A DNA stretch of 64,000 nt from Phoronis australis (lineage: Eukaryota > Animalia > Phoronida): positions 1,719,144 through 1,783,143 of the forward strand of contig NMRA01000004.1 of NCBI GenBank assembly GCA_002633005.1, written 5' to 3'. Shown piece after piece: positions 26,501-38,952 of this stretch. Position 1 is the stretch's first letter; every line of letters begins with the position of its first letter. The position numbers were made by a program, and so were the translations under genes. Under the pieces are notes generated by a model. That model saw only the letters and a list, made by a program, of their open reading frames with translations. It did no database searches and was not told the origin of the DNA.

Positions 26501-29500
26501 ACGGAAAGCCATAGTTTTGCTTGAATTGAAACTCTTTTACTTAAAACTGTGTTTTTAATTTTTTTGTTAATAAATGCATAGTTCAACAACGCCTTGTTTG
26601 TTTTTATAAATGATAAATGCTCCACAAAACAGAATTTGTGACAAAAAGTTGACGTTGAGTGTTTTTTTAAGAGGAAAATTTGCAAATAAACGTCCCACTG
26701 TCTGGACACTTGACACCACAAGTTGTAACACCAAATAAACGCCCATGGGCGTTTCATCGGGTGGGCTTATCTACGGAAAACCCCGCTAAGCACATAAAAT
26801 GACCCGACATGACAATCCAACATGTTGGGCCTGGTCTCAAGTAACAAAGAAAATCAATTCTTCCCAATCCCAGAAACTATCTTTAATTTGAGTATTGCAA
26901 AAAGTTAAGACCTAAGTTGTTTAAACCAAAAGTTAGTTATTTCTTTGAATCATGGAATACAAGTTTATACCAGTGCTAAACTGGGATGTATACACGGATG
27001 TAAAGACTAACCTCCCATCATCTTCTTTGGAGGCATTCGTGGTATTAGTCGGTAGGGAAACCTCTGCAGTAATAACTCATAGAGAGCATTGAAGTCATTA
27101 TACCTTCTCAGAACAGTGCACTTGTACTTCTACAATAATAGAATAACCAACATTAGTATTATCAAGAAAGTATTGTAATAAATGGTCGTGCCTAGACAAT
27201 GCAACAGTTAGAACACTGTTTACTAATATGAATCAGAAATACTGAATATTGGACGAAAGTCTGGAGAAATGTAGTTAAATCTAAGACAATACCATAAGCT
27301 CTCCTAAAGTGATAGACAAACATGTGATTTTATAACAGTGCTTAGTGTATTAAAGGAAAAAAAGCAATTACAGCTAGTCATAATATGAGACCTGCCTCAA
27401 TAGGAAGTGCCTTAATACTGAAATATTTAACCAATAGAATTAACAATAAGCATATAATAGCATTGTTTTATAATAACTCAGAAATTCAAATACACTTTAA
27501 TACATGGGGTTATGATTAATGAAAAATATAGTAACCTTGTACCATCTATATTAAGTTCAACTGACATTCCTCGGAAATGTCAACATTTTGTCACTAACAC
27601 TCATGCAATACTGAAAATTACACACTGATGTATATGGCGAAGACTTTTCCTTACTTTGCTTGTTATTTCATACTCCTGATGTTTAAGTATTAAACCTTTC
27701 TTCCCAGGAACCACTTCAACTTTGATAGCATCAAGTTCACAGAGGTCTTCGTATCTGTAGCCCAATAAATGGGGATTCTTTTCTCTTCTAGCTCTAAAGC
27801 TTATCGTCTTCAAATCAGTTAAATCTCCAAGGGTAGGTCTTGGCAAGTCTGAAACAGCAGTGACACCTGCAGTACTAAACTGACAATGCTACAATTTTGA
27901 CTTAAGCAAAAACGTATGACTAATTCCAATGAGTTATTTTGATTACTGAAGCTACTGCCAGAAAAAGCAAAATCTCATGTGAATAAAGGAATGTGGATTA
28001 AGTGAACACACATCAGAACACACACTGCTAACATTTGACTGGATGGCTAAGAACTGATCATGTTATGAATGTCAAAGCAAATAAAGTATTTTTCTAATTA
28101 GAATATATTACGATGGAATGATGAAAGTTTATTTGATAAACAGAAAGAATACTTGCACAGTATTTATGTACAGCTGTCATCAACAAACATGTGGCGAAAT
28201 TCTAAAATTTTTAAAGGAGCATGCCACCCAAAAAAGCAACTTAATTTGTATCAATTTAGATCGAGTAGTTCTACTCCATAACGACATGTACGGTTGCGTT
28301 ACCTGACACCACACGGAGGTGTTGAAATTATCCAATGATGTAATTGGTTTCACACGCAGTCTGTTCAGCAGTTCACAACACGGGTTACTGGTGTCAGCTT
28401 ATCACTTGAATTCATTGTTTAACACCAATAAATCATCAAACTTCGATGAAAAACCCTTAAAAATAGACCGAGTTCATATAAAAACCTGTTGTTTTATTTC
28501 GCTGTTACGGATTTATTGGTATTTGGACACACCGTAGCCTACAAAGTTTGGCAGGCCAATAAGGTTCGTGGCAGGAGTTTGAGGTCTGTTCGGAGACAAA
28601 TTTGAAGTATTTTCCTTGAGATGCAGACAGGAGAACCTAGACCTGTATTGTTTAGACTTGTGATTTTTTGAGTTCTAAACACAAAACGCTTGTTATCCTG
28701 GCCAGTGGCTCGGAGCCCAATCAGGCCCGTCGCGGCTGGCCAGATTGACTCGTTATCCCAGCCAGTGGCTCGGAAACTGATCAGACGTCACGAACATAAA
28801 CCAGCCAAAGTTCAATGGAAACTAAACTTCCAGTCAAGAAAATACTATACTAGTGAGCCAAAGTAATGTGCACGTAATTATGTTGGTGAATTAGCCACGA
28901 AACTGTAAATCTACTTACTCGTCGGAGGGCTGCAAATTCAGGTTCCACTTTGGCCACAGCACCGTCAGGGCAGAAGTTGTACATTGACAATCATTATTTG
29001 AATAATGTAAATGTAAATAAAGATTCCCCTAACACCTGGCCGTGGGATGGAAATTGAGTTGTTTCACAACAGTTTCTGCCATCGAATTTAGTATGAGTTC
29101 ACACGGCCTCGGTGTCCCGTCAATTAGTTTTATTGCATCTAAAGCCGGTAACGCAGTGATTTATTCATTGCTGGGTTCTCAAATCATTTGCACTCACGAA
29201 CACTCCAAAGGCACTACAAATTGCATCTAATGAGACAGACTTTGTTTCAGTTTTATATAAGTATTGGTTAGGGTGAGAATAATTCATTTTGAAACAGAAC
29301 GCTCAGTAATAAATGTCAACATGGCAACTCGCAATCCCGATTTAGACGAGAGCTCATCAGTCTATCACTACGAAGACTTCGCAGGTGGATCGTTAAGTTT
29401 CACAGGCTATCAATTCGAACAGGAATACAGTGATGAAGAAATACTAGAGAGGCACCGTGAACAAGCTCAGACAACGAAACGTATGGATAGTTATTTGTTA

Positions 29501-32500
29501 AGCCGGCATTCGTCAGGCACTGTCGACGTCTGCAGGCCACAGACACGGAGATGTTTCACGCCTCATACTTGCTATTTACAGTGTACATTTCATTCTTCCC
29601 TACCACGAGCCATTTCCTAAGCATTTTGGACTCTCGAGGAAGTAAAAAAAACGATATACCTGCTTTCCTCGCAGCTGCATAGTTCAGACAAGCGGGAACG
29701 ATACACACCGCAACATAGCAGCATTCACTCTGCAGATGAACCACGGACGTCGCTAGCGTCGCTTCTCACCTTCCTCACAGGTTAACGCGACACCTCTTGG
29801 CAAGGTAAGGTCGACCGTATGCGAGGCGATGTGGATATAGACCGATTAAGACGGCAAAAAAGACTAATTAAATCGGGTGGCATTCTCCTTACAATGCAAT
29901 GAGTTTTTGAAGAAAAAATCTTTGGAAATGATATTTGCTGGAATTTGAGGACACCACCTACAACAACCTATGAGTAATGACTTGTATGTTTGTATGGAAA
30001 TTGGTTACTTTTTTGCAAAACATAAATGATTTTAGCTCGTTTACACAACTACCTGCATCTGAAAAGTTCTCAAGAAGTTTTTCGCTAACTTGCTTTCCTT
30101 GCTGTGCAAAAGCAGTGAGTGCTAATGCTTTATAAAGACCATCCCGGGATAGGTAACCTTGTTTGTTATCAACAATGTCCCATATCTGAAAAGAGAAAGG
30201 GCAAAGCAATGACAGATATGTCAACAGTAGCATAAAAATTCAAAGCATGTCAGTATATGAAGATCAGGCCAACAACCCATGTGTAAGATGAAGAACTCCA
30301 TTAGGCTGCTCATTTTAGTTGAAGACGGCATGCTTGGCTCTCAATTTTGAGGGCTGTGATGGAGGAGCAAACACGAAAAATTTCCCTCTTAACATAGGAG
30401 CGCTACCAAAATTCCTCAAACAGGAAGTACTGGCACCTCTTCTCCCAAGTGAGGGAAGCCCGGACATCAAACACCAGGACAATTTTACCTGTTTTCAAAA
30501 TATAATTGTACTTGCTTTGAGCCTTCAGTTGACTTGTGACAATCCTAAGTCTGTCGAATAATAAATGATAGTTGAAAAGTACATAACATTCAAGAGCAAA
30601 AACATTATTTTGGTGCAGCAAGGGTACAAGGAAGCAACTGCAGTAAAACTGAAATTGCCTCCAGGGGGCGTACCACTAGCTTTTAAGAATTGGTGGTGTG
30701 ATCCCAATATTGCGAAAACAACAGTCAAGGTGTCTGTAAGGTAACAAGGTGGACTACGAGGTACAGCACTGATAACTTTTGTATAACATACAACGAAAAC
30801 ATGTACTTTAAATAAATTTAGAATTTTTACAAATGTTGATCAAACGATTAGGCAAAAAAGAAGTGAGAGCCAAAAAACACAAAAAAATTAATCATAAAAG
30901 AACAAAAAAAAAAAAATAAAAATACAGAGTAAAGTAAAATGAAATAACCCTTTTTAACATTTGTTTCAAAACATCAAATGTGTTGACCTGCACATAATCA
31001 TGTTCACTTCATTAAGCACTTGAAATTTGGAATCAGGTGGTTATCTACAGAGATAGCAGTTTTTCAAATACCAGGAAAAGTAGGTCATTACAATAAATGA
31101 GATCTAAATAGCACAGCACGTAGGCCTAATGACCACAACATACTGACTGAAAACAAAATAAACTTTCTGCAGGCACTTCTTGTTTCTGCGTGTATTTCAG
31201 TGCTTTTGCTTTCAACGGTACTATGTAGAATGTACACAGTGGTTTTGAAAAGCAATTCCATCGTAACTGTGTTGAATTCTTAAAAATACCAACTGTACAT
31301 GAACTTCAATGAAGCACATTGTTATCTTATACTTATACTTTTTTGCAACGTTATTGTAAAAATTGCACTTAATTACCAAATCATATTCACACCAATGTTG
31401 ACAAGAACTAAACCTAAAGCTGCATGCCATCCTGTCAGTGTTGAATGTATTACAGAATTATTTTGGAATTTAAAAGCATCACCACACTCATCTGATCTTG
31501 AATGAATTGTTGTCAAATGAGCTGGCAATACATATACACCATTTTCAAACTTGCAATGTTAGGGTTGCCTAACCCAAACAAACTCTGAAGCATTAGTTTG
31601 AGTCACTGATGGTTTCAGTAGAGATTCTTGTCAGTAACAGAAATAGACTTCTGTCCTGGTGAAGTATATGAGACTGACTTTATGAGAGTAAAAGGTCAAC
31701 TTCGATTTTCATTTTTTTAGCCGACACGGAGAAATGCAGCTTTAAAACTCTAACGATAAAACTCGAAGATTAAAGAAACACATCTGGCTGCCCTTGATTG
31801 ACTACACCGGATTCGTTTCATGAAAAGTGACTTAAAACTTAAGTCAGAAATTTGGTCTTACGCTCCAAACAAATACTTCTGAAAAATATTTCAATCTCAC
31901 TTGAGCAATGCAAAGTCTCTGCAAATATACCAATAACTGCTAAATATCGAGATAATTTCAATAAATTATTTTTAGACTATGATTTTCTCATTACGTGGTT
32001 AAACGTTTATTCACCAATTGTCAAGTGGGAGCATAACACCAAATTTCTCTCTTTAAGTCTGACGTCACTTTCATGCAAAACAGACCCCAGGTCAAGATGC
32101 AAAGACATCTGATTGGTCTGAAAGTCCGAAACCATCCGTAGCCAATCTAATGTCTTAGCCAGTTGGCCTGACTGAACCAGGAAAATGAATCAAGTACAGC
32201 CACATTATGTCATTAAATCACTTATTAGAACTAGAAAGCAAAATTCTTCAACCAGAGAAGAATTGTACAGAAGTGATTCAACTGGTTGAACGAAATATCA
32301 AGCATCATAGTGGTATGAGAAAAAAATCAGTTGTTGATGACACATGCATTCATTAGAATCAATGACATTGTTGTTCACAGTTCAGCCAGTAGGCCCAACG
32401 GTGCAAAAACTGCAAATGCCAATAGGTCACTCACTTGTGAAAGCGTTGAAGTTGGTAAACTTGACTTCACTAGCAAACTGGAAAACATATCCCGATCAAC

Positions 32501-32678
32501 TTGTTCTTGATTGGGACATACAATCTCGTAAACCTCCCGGTAAAACGGAGGTATTGATCCTGCAAAAGAACAAAACATGCTTCGAGTTCAAGAATTGAAC
32601 GCCCACAACCTATTGTAATCAAGTCAAATATACGCAAACGTTCCTGATACACCTACCAAAGGTCAGGTCAGCCGCCAT
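17412..32678 (-). CDS. SNX8: Sorting nexin 8 (Mvp1 orthologue), EH-like + PX + BAR, 12 coding exons, 530 aa
   Basis: Exons 32678-32657, 32559-32435, 30185-30053, 27848-27655, 27129-27012, 25980-25859, 24837-24757, 24398-24235, 23399-23198, 21379-21227, 20280-20131, 17540-17412. All introns are GT-AG with consistent phases, total 1593 nt. Motifs [43 protein letters not shown] and [10 protein letters not shown] match SNX8. Confidence 0.95.
19128..19334. mobile_element. MITE, ~207 bp
   Basis: TIR ggcccattccaagaaaccgactt / aagtcagttttcttggaatgggcc. Confidence 0.75.
19338..19760. mobile_element. MITE family B, ~420 bp, ~50-bp TIRs
   Basis: gtgcccaattgaatgaaacagttccaaat... / ...tatttgggactgtttcaagcaactgggcac. 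Related copies at 34938-35372 and 36336-36771, in the opposite internal orientation. Confidence 0.85.
20131..20280 (-). CDS. SNX8: SNX8 exon 11 (BAR)
   Basis: [30 protein letters not shown]; AG/GT boundaries. Confidence 0.93.
21227..21379 (-). CDS. SNX8: SNX8 exon 10 (BAR)
   Basis: [17 protein letters not shown]...RILE. Confidence 0.93.
21911..22066. repeat. 26-bp minisatellite, 6 copies
   Basis: caagtactatacagtcgagctgaaca in perfect tandem. Confidence 0.95.
23198..23399 (-). CDS. SNX8: SNX8 exon 9 (BAR)
   Basis: [17 protein letters not shown]...LLDLLHSYK. Confidence 0.92.
24235..24398 (-). CDS. SNX8: SNX8 exon 8
   Basis: [10 protein letters not shown]...DMLMMGKEL. Confidence 0.92.
24757..24837 (-). 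CDS. SNX8: SNX8 exon 7 (partial duplicate at 25312-25354 after the N)
   Basis: [27 protein letters not shown]. Confidence 0.9.
25104..25845. repeat. 30-bp minisatellite (two arrays, 25104-25310 and 25621-25845, part of the duplication around N 25311)
   Basis: cacactatataacagagcacaaaccacgca units. Confidence 0.92.
25859..25980 (-). CDS. SNX8: SNX8 exon 6 (end of PX)
   Basis: [24 protein letters not shown]. Confidence 0.94.
26383..26789. mobile_element. MITE, Tc1/mariner-pogo-like
   Basis: TIR ttaccgggaatttctgtagataagccca / tgggcttatctacggaaaaccccgctaa; internal cgcccatgggcg palindromes. Confidence 0.75.
27012..27129 (-). CDS. SNX8: SNX8 exon 5 (PX core)
   Basis: [39 protein letters not shown]. 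Confidence 0.95.
27655..27848 (-). CDS. SNX8: SNX8 exon 4
   Basis: LPRPTLGDL...[16 protein letters not shown]. Confidence 0.94.
28215..29889. mobile_element. Kolobok-like DNA transposon deletion derivative in SNX8 intron 3
   Basis: TTAA followed by TIR aggagcatgccaccc / gggtggcattctcct. Minus-strand THAP-like start (CIVPACLN...[16 protein letters not shown]) converges on a plus-strand acidic ORF (..[12 protein letters not shown]..). Confidence 0.7.
30053..30185 (-). CDS. SNX8: SNX8 exon 3 (EH-like, second half)
   Basis: [30 protein letters not shown]. Confidence 0.9.
31810..32088. mobile_element. MITE, ~280 bp
   Basis: Imperfect ~50-bp TIR tttcatgaaaagtgact..gaaatttggtcttacgctcc / ggagcataacaccaaatttc..gtcactttcatgcaaa. 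Confidence 0.7.
32435..32559 (-). CDS. SNX8: SNX8 exon 2 (EH-like, first half)
   Basis: [15 protein letters not shown]...[11 protein letters not shown]. Confidence 0.88.
32657..32678 (-). CDS. SNX8: SNX8 exon 1 coding part (MAADLTF G)
   Basis: ataATGG start context, G|GTAGGT donor, phase matches exon 2. Confidence 0.8.
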
Positions 32679-32995
32679 TATTGAAAGTGATCATGTGACT
32701 TTTTCGGTCATGTGACTTTAGAAACGTAAACTTTCAGAAATAGCGGATTTTGCGCAAAATGTAGGTAATTAAAAGTAATGTCATGATGTGAACATTTGAT
32801 GAAATATTTGAAGCTTTTCAAATTAACTTTTAAAAGCATTAAAAAGACAAGAAGACAGCGTATGACCCAAATGACAACAAACGAGACAGTACGCGATCTT
32901 GCGAGACTACAAATGCCAATGTTTATTTGAACGTTGTAAATATAGAGAGTAATGCTCGGCGTGTTCGTGATGTTTTCATGTACTAATTAAGAAAG
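32679..32995. promoter_or_regulatory. Putative bidirectional promoter and first-exon region for SNX8 and IQCE
   Basis: Two TCATGTGAC boxes (32691, 32708), tcttgcgagactaca at ~32897, and a strong plus-strand donor AAG|GTGAGT at 32996. The T-rich strand switches from minus to plus across this region. Confidence 0.5.
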
Positions 32996-33373
32996 GTGAG
33001 TGTTAGATTAAATTATCTGTCAATGAATGTTATTTAACAGCCCTGCGGTAATTTTTGCTGCTGATAGCAAATGATTAAATATGACGGCACAATGATTTAA
33101 TGTGAATTCTGTTTGTTGACGGAGACGGTGACTGTCGTTTGGTTGCCAACCAAAACGTTTGCTGTTGTACTAACTCTGAAGCAACTTGCATTTTTATTTG
33201 ACTTTTTGTATTCAGTGCCATGAGTTCTGATAAAATTAATATAATGTGACGCTGGGGTTACAAACGAGGCTAAATAAGTGCACGATTTTGAGGGGTGATC
33301 TTACGTCAATTTCACCTGCGAACTTACTGTCTTACTGTGTTTCCTCTCCTTGCCGCTCTGGCGTGGTTCGCAA

Positions 33374-33533
33374 TCTGGCCACTACATGTCGCAAGTGATT
33401 GCCGCTTGACCTTTGATCAGGGGCAGACACAGACAGTGACCATCGTCTTCTGGCGCAGTCAGCGATTGAAGCTGATCAAAGGTCAAGCAACAGCCAACCA
33501 CAGCGATCGACACGCAAGCCACTTTGTGGCGAG
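33374..33533. mobile_element. Small palindromic MITE-like element
   Basis: ttgacctttgatcag (33407) / ctgatcaaaggtcaa (33472), with outer imperfect inverted arms. Confidence 0.55.
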
Positions 33534-34937
33534 ACTGCGACTTCTGGTACATCTATGTGACTTCTGGCGAACAGCTGTTGAGTAATTTGGAAGGTCTTTA
33601 CTAAAATGGTATATTAGACGTATGTTCCGAGAGATTGAAATAGTAGCAAAATTCTAAGCGTAAATCTATGCCATGCATTCAGTCAAATATTTACAAAACT
33701 GTAAAGTTTAGCTCAGGAAATGTGTATTATTTGTGAAAGTAGAAAGCCTGTAAAATTATGTTTTTGATTTTAAATCATTCTGCTTTTGATTGGGTCATGG
33801 GACTGTGTCATTTTAGTAAAATTTAGCAAAAGGAAAGGTACATTGGCCACAAAACGAGCTTCAGTAACATGGCTAAATTTCTTTTGATGTAAATGTTTAT
33901 TATGAAATCTCAAACCCGCCATTTTTTAAACTTTTGTTTTTGTTTCATATAACTTTTAATTTTTTCAGCAAAATCTTTAAAAAGCCTATTTTTAAAGACC
34001 CTCTTGGAAAGGTGGTTTATTTTAAAATATACTGTATCTGATGAAGAGGAGCATCCATTTTTTATAATGTTTATTACGAAATCTTCGATACAATGAATAT
34101 ACATAACCCAGAAAGCGCCAAGAGGCATTATAACATCCATAAGGCTCAAAAGCTAGTCTTTTAAATATATTTACCAGATTTTAAAGTGGTTTACCTGTTT
34201 CAATATTGTCTAATTTTATCTGGTCTTGACACTTGTCATTTTTAATTCATTTTGAAAACAATTCCTAATTGTGCTTTGGAGAACTGTGCACAAAGCACCT
34301 AAAGTTTGTGAAAGTTTTATTTAACTCTGATCAGCCATTTCTGATAAACTAGTATGATTTTCCTAAGTTTGCCAAATTTGTCCATTTTTCTTGGGACTCT
34401 TAGACTCTTAAATAACTGAAACCCTATAACCAGTGTCAAATTTGGCAATAGTCGAATATAGTGTTCCCTGATTTGGAGACCCAGTTTGGAGAACCAGTTT
34501 CATCCACTAAATTACTGGTCAGTTTTTTAATATTTGTTGGTTCTCAAAACCAGGAGTTCTTATACTCAACTAGTGTCAAAATATTTTGTTACCTACCATA
34601 TTTCCTTAAGATAATGCCATGGCTTATTTTGGAAAGTTGTCCTATTACATATAATTTTCGCATCATTGATGACATAACACTTCAAGCAAGTAATCGTTAT
34701 ATTGTTAGTGTTTTTGTATTTAATCTACTATTCACAATTCAGGTAATTGTTTCCTGACATGTTGTTTAGTATATTTTTATTCCATTAATCATCGAGTATC
34801 AATTGGAGCATTACTAAATCAGAGCCTCACAATGGTTACGGTGATGGTATTGCCTAGTACGTCATTAGCCATCAGGGACCTTGAGATTCCTCCATTCCGT
34901 GGTTGCTACAGTTGATCCTCATTACAATTAACCTTCT

Positions 34938-35372
34938 GTGGCCGGTTGCATAAAACAGTCCCAAATAGGGACTCAACTAAGGTCCCTAGATCCTTTTGCA
35001 TATTTGCGTCTTTATGGACTCACAGATGCAATGTTTTTCTATCATTTCATCTTTATTACAAGCTCCTCTTTGATTAATGACATTCTATAATAACATAGCT
35101 AAAAACTGAGCTCAGAGTTCATTGAAAATAAATGGGGACTCAGTCCTTAAATTGGGAGTGGTGCATGAAAAGATCCCTTCTTATTTTTGATAATATTGAG
35201 AATTCAACGTAGAGTTCACTCTCGATTTGTATCTAAGTCAAAAGTTGACTTAGTAATGAAACTAAAACAATACAAGAAAGGACAATCAATGTTTTCACAA
35301 ATCCAAAAACACGCAGTAGGTTTAGGGAATGTAGTTGGGTCCCTATTTGGGACTGTTTTGTGCAACGGGCAC
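34938..35372. mobile_element. MITE family B copy
   Basis: TIR ..aaacagtcccaaatagggactcaacta / tagttgggtccctatttgggactgtttt.. Confidence 0.85.
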
Positions 35373-35754
35373 TGGAACTTGTCAAAACATTCATTGTTGC
35401 CAAGGTTGACTATAACCGAATTAACTTTTTAGGAAAAAATGAAAATCATACTATCCTTACTTTTTTGTATGCAAAGCTATCTGACTGCGTGATCAGCCGC
35501 GTGACCAGCTGTGTGATCAGCCGCGTACAGAAAATCAAGTGTTTGTTCTGTCATGCACTGTAAATATATATGAAATGGAAATCAGAGTTAATTTGTAAAC
35601 TCTCAACATGTTGATTTGCTGTAAAGTTGGTAAAGTTACTTACTGGGACATCAAAATTGGTACGTGTGAATGTTGGATCTATGTTTGTTAAAAACGAACC
35701 ATAGAAAAATATTTTGTATTAGAGAAAATGGGACTTCTGGAATCGAATGCTATA

Positions 35755-36002
35755 CGGTAAAGTCGCGTGATTTTCGGACACTGAAAATTAATTCCAATAG
35801 AAAAAATTCATTCTTGGACGAATCTCGCGAAATATCATTTTGTGGTGTCCGAATTTGGCGGACCTCCAAATTTGGGTTTCCGCTAGTGTCCGAATTTCGT
35901 GGGTGTACATTATTTCGATGAGCGGTCGTAGTATCAACAATGCTGGCTCGGTCATTTGATAGCAGTATAATTGCAGGTAAATGAGACTCAAATGGTCTGA
36001 GC
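35755..36002. mobile_element. Tc1/mariner-type MITE end inserted at TA, truncated by the gap
   Basis: ta-cggtaaagtcgcgtgattttcggacac start with internal gtgtccgaattt inverted motifs. Absent from the duplicate copy at 37154. Confidence 0.6.
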
Positions 36003-36335
36003 NTTAAGATAATGCCATGGCTTATTTTGGAAAGTTGTCCTATTACATATAACTTTCGCATCATTGATGACATAACACTTCAAGCAAGTAATCGTTATAT
36101 TGTTAGTGTTTTTGTATTTAATCTACTATTCCCAACTCAGGTAATTGTTTCCTGACATGTTGTTTAGTATATTTTTATTCCATTAATCATCGAGTATCAA
36201 TTGGAGCATTACTAAATCAGAGCCTCACAATGGTTACGGTGATGGTATTGCCTAGTACGTCATTAGCCATCAGTGACCTTGAGATTCCTCCATTCCATGG
36301 TTGCTACACTTGAATCTCATTACAATTAACCTTCT

Positions 36336-36771
36336 GTGGCCAGTTGCATGAAACGGTCCCAAATAGGGACTCAACTGAGGTCCCTAGATCCTTTTGCGTA
36401 TTTGTGTCTTTATGGACTCACAGATGCAATATTTTTCTATCATTTCATCTTTATTACGAGCTCCTCTTTGATTAATGACATTTTATAATAATATAGCTAA
36501 AAACTGAGCCCAGAGTTCATTAAAAATATATAGGGACTCAGTCCTTGAATTGGGAGTGTTGCATGAAAAGATCCCTACTTATTTTCGTTAATATTGAGAA
36601 TTCAACGTAGAGTTCACTCTCGATTTGTATCAAAGTCAAAAGTTGACTTAGTAATGAAACTAAAACAATACAAGAAAGGGCAATCGATGTTTTCACAAAT
36701 CCAAAAATACGCAGTAGATTTAGGGAACGTAGTTGGGTCCCTATTTGGGACTGTTTTGTGCAACTGGGCAC
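36336..36771. mobile_element. MITE family B copy (in the duplicated block)
   Basis: Near-identical to 34938-35372. Confidence 0.8.
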
Positions 36772-38624
36772 TGGAACCTGTCAAAAACGTTCATTGTTGC
36801 CAAGGTTGGCTATAACCGAATTAACTTTTCAGGAAAAAATGAAAATCATACTACCCTTACCTTTTTGTATGCAAGGCTATCTGACTGTGTGATCAGCCGC
36901 GTGATCAGCCGCGTGATCAGCCGCGTACAGAAAAACAAGTGTTTGTTCTGTCATGCACTGTAAACAGATATGAAATGGAAATCAGAGTTAATTTGTAAAC
37001 TCTCAACATGTTGATTTGCTGTAAAGTTGGTAAAGTTACTTACTGGGGCATCAAAATTGGTACGTGTGAATGTTGGATCTATGTTTGTTAAAAACTAAGC
37101 ATAGAAAAATATTTTGTATTAGAGAAAATGGGACTTCTGGAATCGAATGCTATAAGCGAGCGTACCCTAAACAAGGTACATTGTAACGTGACTCCATTGT
37201 ACAATGTATACGTGAATGACAAGGGTGAGTTTACTATCCCCAGATTTGGTTCCATTTCTTTGTTTCTCAGTGTTTCACTTATGTTTTATTGTATGAATGA
37301 TAAAACAATGTGCATACCAAACAAACCATCAGACAGTTAGACAACAATGCCATCAATTGCCTGTCATCCAAATATAGTTGTACTAAATGTCTATTTTGCA
37401 CAATTTCCAAATTGCTCATTTACATTACGTCCATAATTGTCAAAGGTAAGTTTGAGAGCACAGTTTCTTTGTTACTTTGTTCATAAAAATAAATCTAGAC
37501 AAGAAGGCGTAATTAGTTCATGAAATAAACCTTTGAAGCAAGTAGAGGTTATCATAGACTAGTATCTTTGTAGCTATGTGATGTTTAGGTTTATTGTTAA
37601 CTAAGTACTGGCATGCCTGGCATGTTATGGCCTGTCATTAGTTCCATACAGTACATTCAGGCCCATTGACAAGGTACAATTGACATGATTTGTATAGAAG
37701 TACAAGTTGCACCCAAACATTTTGTGACTACTCAACCCACCTAAACATAAGGTGGCATCTAGGAAAAAGCAATAATCTCATTGGTGGTCCAGTTAGGATG
37801 TAGTCGCTTGTCATAACTTGCCTGAGCAGCCTGCTTTTTTATTAAACAATTCCTGCTGAAATGAGAAACAAAATGGTCTCCAGTGGTACACTATGTATAT
37901 TGTTTGACTTGAGTTGTGCCACATTTCCATTTTCTGTTGATTGACCTAATATTGATTCTTATTGTGTACATTGTTCTATAATAATCAGGTAGCTGGTGTG
38001 ATAATCTTTATCCAGGTAGTAGTCACCTGAATTGTACCTCATGTTCAATTGTCATCTTTAGAGACATGCTCAGTGTTCTACCTGAAAACCAAAATGTGTC
38101 ACGGGGGGATTGAACCGTGTCGGGTGACCATTCAAACTTGTCGCAAATGCCTGCAAACAGGTTCCATCGACACGCTAAAAAAAGGAAATCGTTGTGGAAA
38201 ACATTGATCGAGAAATTGTTGTTGTTTGATTTGGTAAGAGAATGACAATATATTACTGATAACATCCCATTTTGAAGTGAGAGTTATCTGAAGATTTTAC
38301 TCAATTATTTTAGAACTGATTGAAAAATTGAAAAATAAAGTTTTCACTTCTCTGTCTTGTGTCCAAATTTGTGAGGTTGTTCCATAATCAGTGTTTGTGT
38401 AGTGAGCCATAAGGCCACTTGAAGTATTGCCATGGTTACGTCAGACCAATTTAGGGCACAATATGATGGACAAGTGAAATTTTTTTCTTCCTTTTTTCTT
38501 GATTTATTGGTAGCACCAAATTACTGTTTTAGAGTTCTGTGTCATGTAGCTGCTGTCGGATAATATTTTGAAGAGTTCAAGACATTGAGCTTCATGTAAG
38601 ATTTTTAAAAAGCCTTTGAAAAGG

Positions 38625-38952
38625 ACAATTTTGTCAATTATTTTGTCTTAAATTGGTGCGAATATTTATAGTACTTTGTCAAATTATTTTTGTCTAAAAT
38701 CGGTGTGATTATGTACAGTATTTTGTCAATTATTTTTGTCTAAAATTGGTGCGATTATGTATAGTATTTTGTCAATTATTTTTGTCTAAAATTGGTGAGA
38801 TTATGTGTAGTATTTGTCAGTTATTTTTGTCTAAAATTGGTGCAATTATGTGTAGTATTTGTCAGTTATTTTTGTCTAAAATTGGTGCGATTATGTGTAG
38901 TATTTTGTCAGTTATTTTTGTCTAAAATTAGTGCGATTATGTATAGTATTTT
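38625..38952. repeat. ~41-bp minisatellite, about 8 copies
   Basis: ttttgtcaattatttttgtctaaaattggtgcgattatgtatagta-like units. Confidence 0.85.
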
